Positions 60,625 to 64,000 of a DNA stretch of 64,000 bases are shown piece after piece. The stretch lies in NCBI GenBank assembly GCA_964575425.1, contig CAZNRD010000001.1, positions 83,931 to 147,930 on the forward strand, given 5' to 3'. Position numbers and translations under genes: made by a program. The DNA comes from an uncultured Anaerolineaceae bacterium. Its GTDB lineage: Bacteria; Chloroflexota; Anaerolineae; Anaerolineales; E44-bin32. The notes beneath the pieces are model-generated. The model had not been told where the DNA came from. It saw nothing but the letters and a program-made list of their open reading frames with translations, and searched no databases. Every line of letters begins with the position of its first letter. Within the stretch, counting starts at the first letter, position 1.

Positions 60625-61335
60625 CTAAGGGTCGAAGCCCAGCGCGCGGCCCTTCAGAGACAGGTGGCGTCGGCCGGCGATGATGAGGTGGTCCAGCACT
60701 TCGATGTCGAGAAGGCGGCCCGCCTCGACGAAGGCCCGTGTGACGGCTATGTCCTCAGGGCTGGGCGACAGGTCGCCGCTGGGGTGATTGTGGGCCACGA
60801 TCACGGCGGCGGCGTTGGTACGCACCGCCTCGCGGAACACTTCCCCGACGCGGATCAGGGAGCTGTTCAGCGAGCCCCGGTACACCTCGACCGAGCGGAT
60901 CAGGCGATTGCGCGTGTCGAGCAACAGCACCCGCAGCGATTCCTGCTCCAGGTGCGCCATGTCACCGATCAGCTGCTCGGCGGCCTGTTCCGGCGAAGCG
61001 ATGGTGGGTGGTTCCTCTCTTTCTTCCTGGACGAGCCTGCGTCCGAGCGCAAATGCCGCCTGAATCTGTGCTGCCTTGGCCGGTCCGACGCCGTGCCTGG
61101 CGCGCAGCACATCGTAGGAGGTCCGCTCCAGGCCACGCAGCCCGCCCGCTTCGACCAGCAGCGCCTCCGCCAACTCCCTGGCATTCATCCCACGAACTCC
61201 GCTGCCGAGGAGGATGGCGATCAGCTCGGCGGTGGAAAGCGTGTCGGCCCCGGCGCGTGCCAGGCGTTCCCGCGGCCTCTCCGATGGCAGCAGGTCCGCT
61301 ATGCGGAAGCGAACGCGGCGTTCATCCTCGGACAT
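60625..61335 (-). CDS. radC: RadC-like JAB domain protein (UPF0758)
   Basis: HhH-like N-terminus (LSTAELIAILLGSG). JAMM motif (VIVAHNHPSGDLSPSPED). Confidence 0.85.
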   Translation of the reverse strand: MSEDERRVRFRIADLLPSERPRERLARAGADTLSTAELIAILLGSGVRGMNARELAEALLVEAGGLRGLERTSYDVLRARHGVGPAKAAQIQAAFALGRRLVQEEREEPPTIASPEQAAEQLIGDMAHLEQESLRVLLLDTRNRLIRSVEVYRGSLNSSLIRVGEVFREAVRTNAAAVIVAHNHPSGDLSPSPEDIAVTRAFVEAGRLLDIEVLDHLIIAGRRHLSLKGRALGFDP

Positions 61336-61384
61336 GCCTTCCCCCTTCCAGGTCGTCAGCGGCGGCTGTCCCCACGGAGACGGA

Positions 61385-61393
61385 TGCTATAAT
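61385..61393 (+). promoter_or_regulatory. Extended -10 box TGcTATAAT upstream of the zinc-ribbon membrane protein gene
   Basis: CGGATGCTATAATGGCG, about 72 nt upstream of the ATG at 61465. Confidence 0.4.
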
Positions 61394-61464
61394 GGCGCCC
61401 GCAGCTTCGGCTGGAGCGCGGTGGGGCTGATGCAGCGTTGACAGCCCAAAGCGGAGGAGCCTCG

Positions 61465-61929
61465 ATGCAGCTTCCCAATCTGAGTTCGCTGGAGGGCCTG
61501 TTCCTGTATGCGTCCGCCGTGCTCGGCGCCTTCCTGGTGGCGCTCTGGCTTGGGCTGGTGTTCTGGACCTACCGCGATGCACGCCGGCGGAGTCGTGATC
61601 GCCTCCTCCACATCCTGGCCGCGCTGCTTGTTGCAGCGCTCAACCTGCCGGGTGTCATCGTGTACCTGGTACTGCGCCCTCCTCTCACCCTTGACGAAGA
61701 GTACCAGCACACGCTCGAAGAAGAGGCCCTTCTCTCGCAAATCGAATCCCGGCCCCTTTGCCCTGGCTGCGGCGGGCGCGCTCAGCCCGATTGGCAGGTC
61801 TGCCCGACCTGCCACACCAGGCTGCAGCGCGCCTGCAGCCACTGCGGCCGGCTGATGCAACTCCCCTGGAAGCTCTGTCCCTTCTGCGGCACGCCGCCCC
61901 CGGGCGTGCGATCGGACGCACCCGGCTGA
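61465..61929 (+). CDS. Membrane protein with C-terminal double zinc-ribbon
   Basis: The ATG at 61465 lies 6 nt after GGAGGA. Two hydrophobic helices, then CPGCGG..CPTCH..CSHCG..CPFCG. Confidence 0.65.
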   Translation: MQLPNLSSLEGLFLYASAVLGAFLVALWLGLVFWTYRDARRRSRDRLLHILAALLVAALNLPGVIVYLVLRPPLTLDEEYQHTLEEEALLSQIESRPLCPGCGGRAQPDWQVCPTCHTRLQRACSHCGRLMQLPWKLCPFCGTPPPGVRSDAPG

Positions 61930-61948
61930 GAAACCCGCCGCGCCCGGG

Positions 61949-64000
<2,052 letters not shown>

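Overview
This is a 64-kb window of a high-G+C (about two-thirds GC by eye) bacterial chromosome. It is densely packed with about 50 protein genes, one tRNA (His) and one tmRNA. Gene content and start-codon/promoter style tentatively suggest a Chloroflexota-like organism, but that is a low-confidence inference.

Almost everything is core or housekeeping:
- Translation and RNA: hflX (partial), smpB, ssrA, fmt, hisS, tRNA-His, selB.
- DNA maintenance: recJ, radC.
- Central metabolism: eno, a cysteine desulfurase (partial), glpK, a GNAT gene, glpABC, and a YdiJ-like FAD/Fe-S oxidoreductase.
- Respiration: an Rrf2-cydABDC cytochrome bd operon.
- Signalling: a five-GAF histidine kinase with an HD-GYP response regulator, and a Ser/Thr kinase paired with an FHA-wHTH regulator.
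- Envelope and hydrolases: GH3, GH5, an M23 fusion protein, and a site-2 protease.
- Isoprenoids: a lone mevalonate-pathway decarboxylase homologue.

I saw no CRISPR array, prophage, IS element, toxin-antitoxin pair or recognisable defence gene. The only mobile-element-like gene is a solitary tyrosine recombinase. I therefore rate this as an ordinary core region with a handful of modest curiosities:
1. An uncharacterised 261-codon gene is translationally coupled to smpB and sits between smpB and ssrA.
2. The roughly 190-nt hisS leader has an extended -10 box, a possibly leaderless 29-codon uORF with an H-x-x-H-x-H cluster, and a very strong hairpin just before the hisS ribosome-binding site.
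3. Several -10 boxes lie 6-8 nt from start codons, suggesting leaderless mRNAs.
4. An orphan operon encodes two divergent NuoL/M/N-family (PF00361-like) membrane proteins and a small membrane protein, followed by a coiled-coil protein and selB.
5. A 1106-aa HExxH surface protein lies upstream of that operon.
6. GAF homology in the histidine kinase extends upstream of its first canonical start codon.
7. A recombinase-core-like inverted repeat lies next to the tyrosine recombinase gene.

All functional calls come from motif recognition by eye in the supplied translations. No database search was run.
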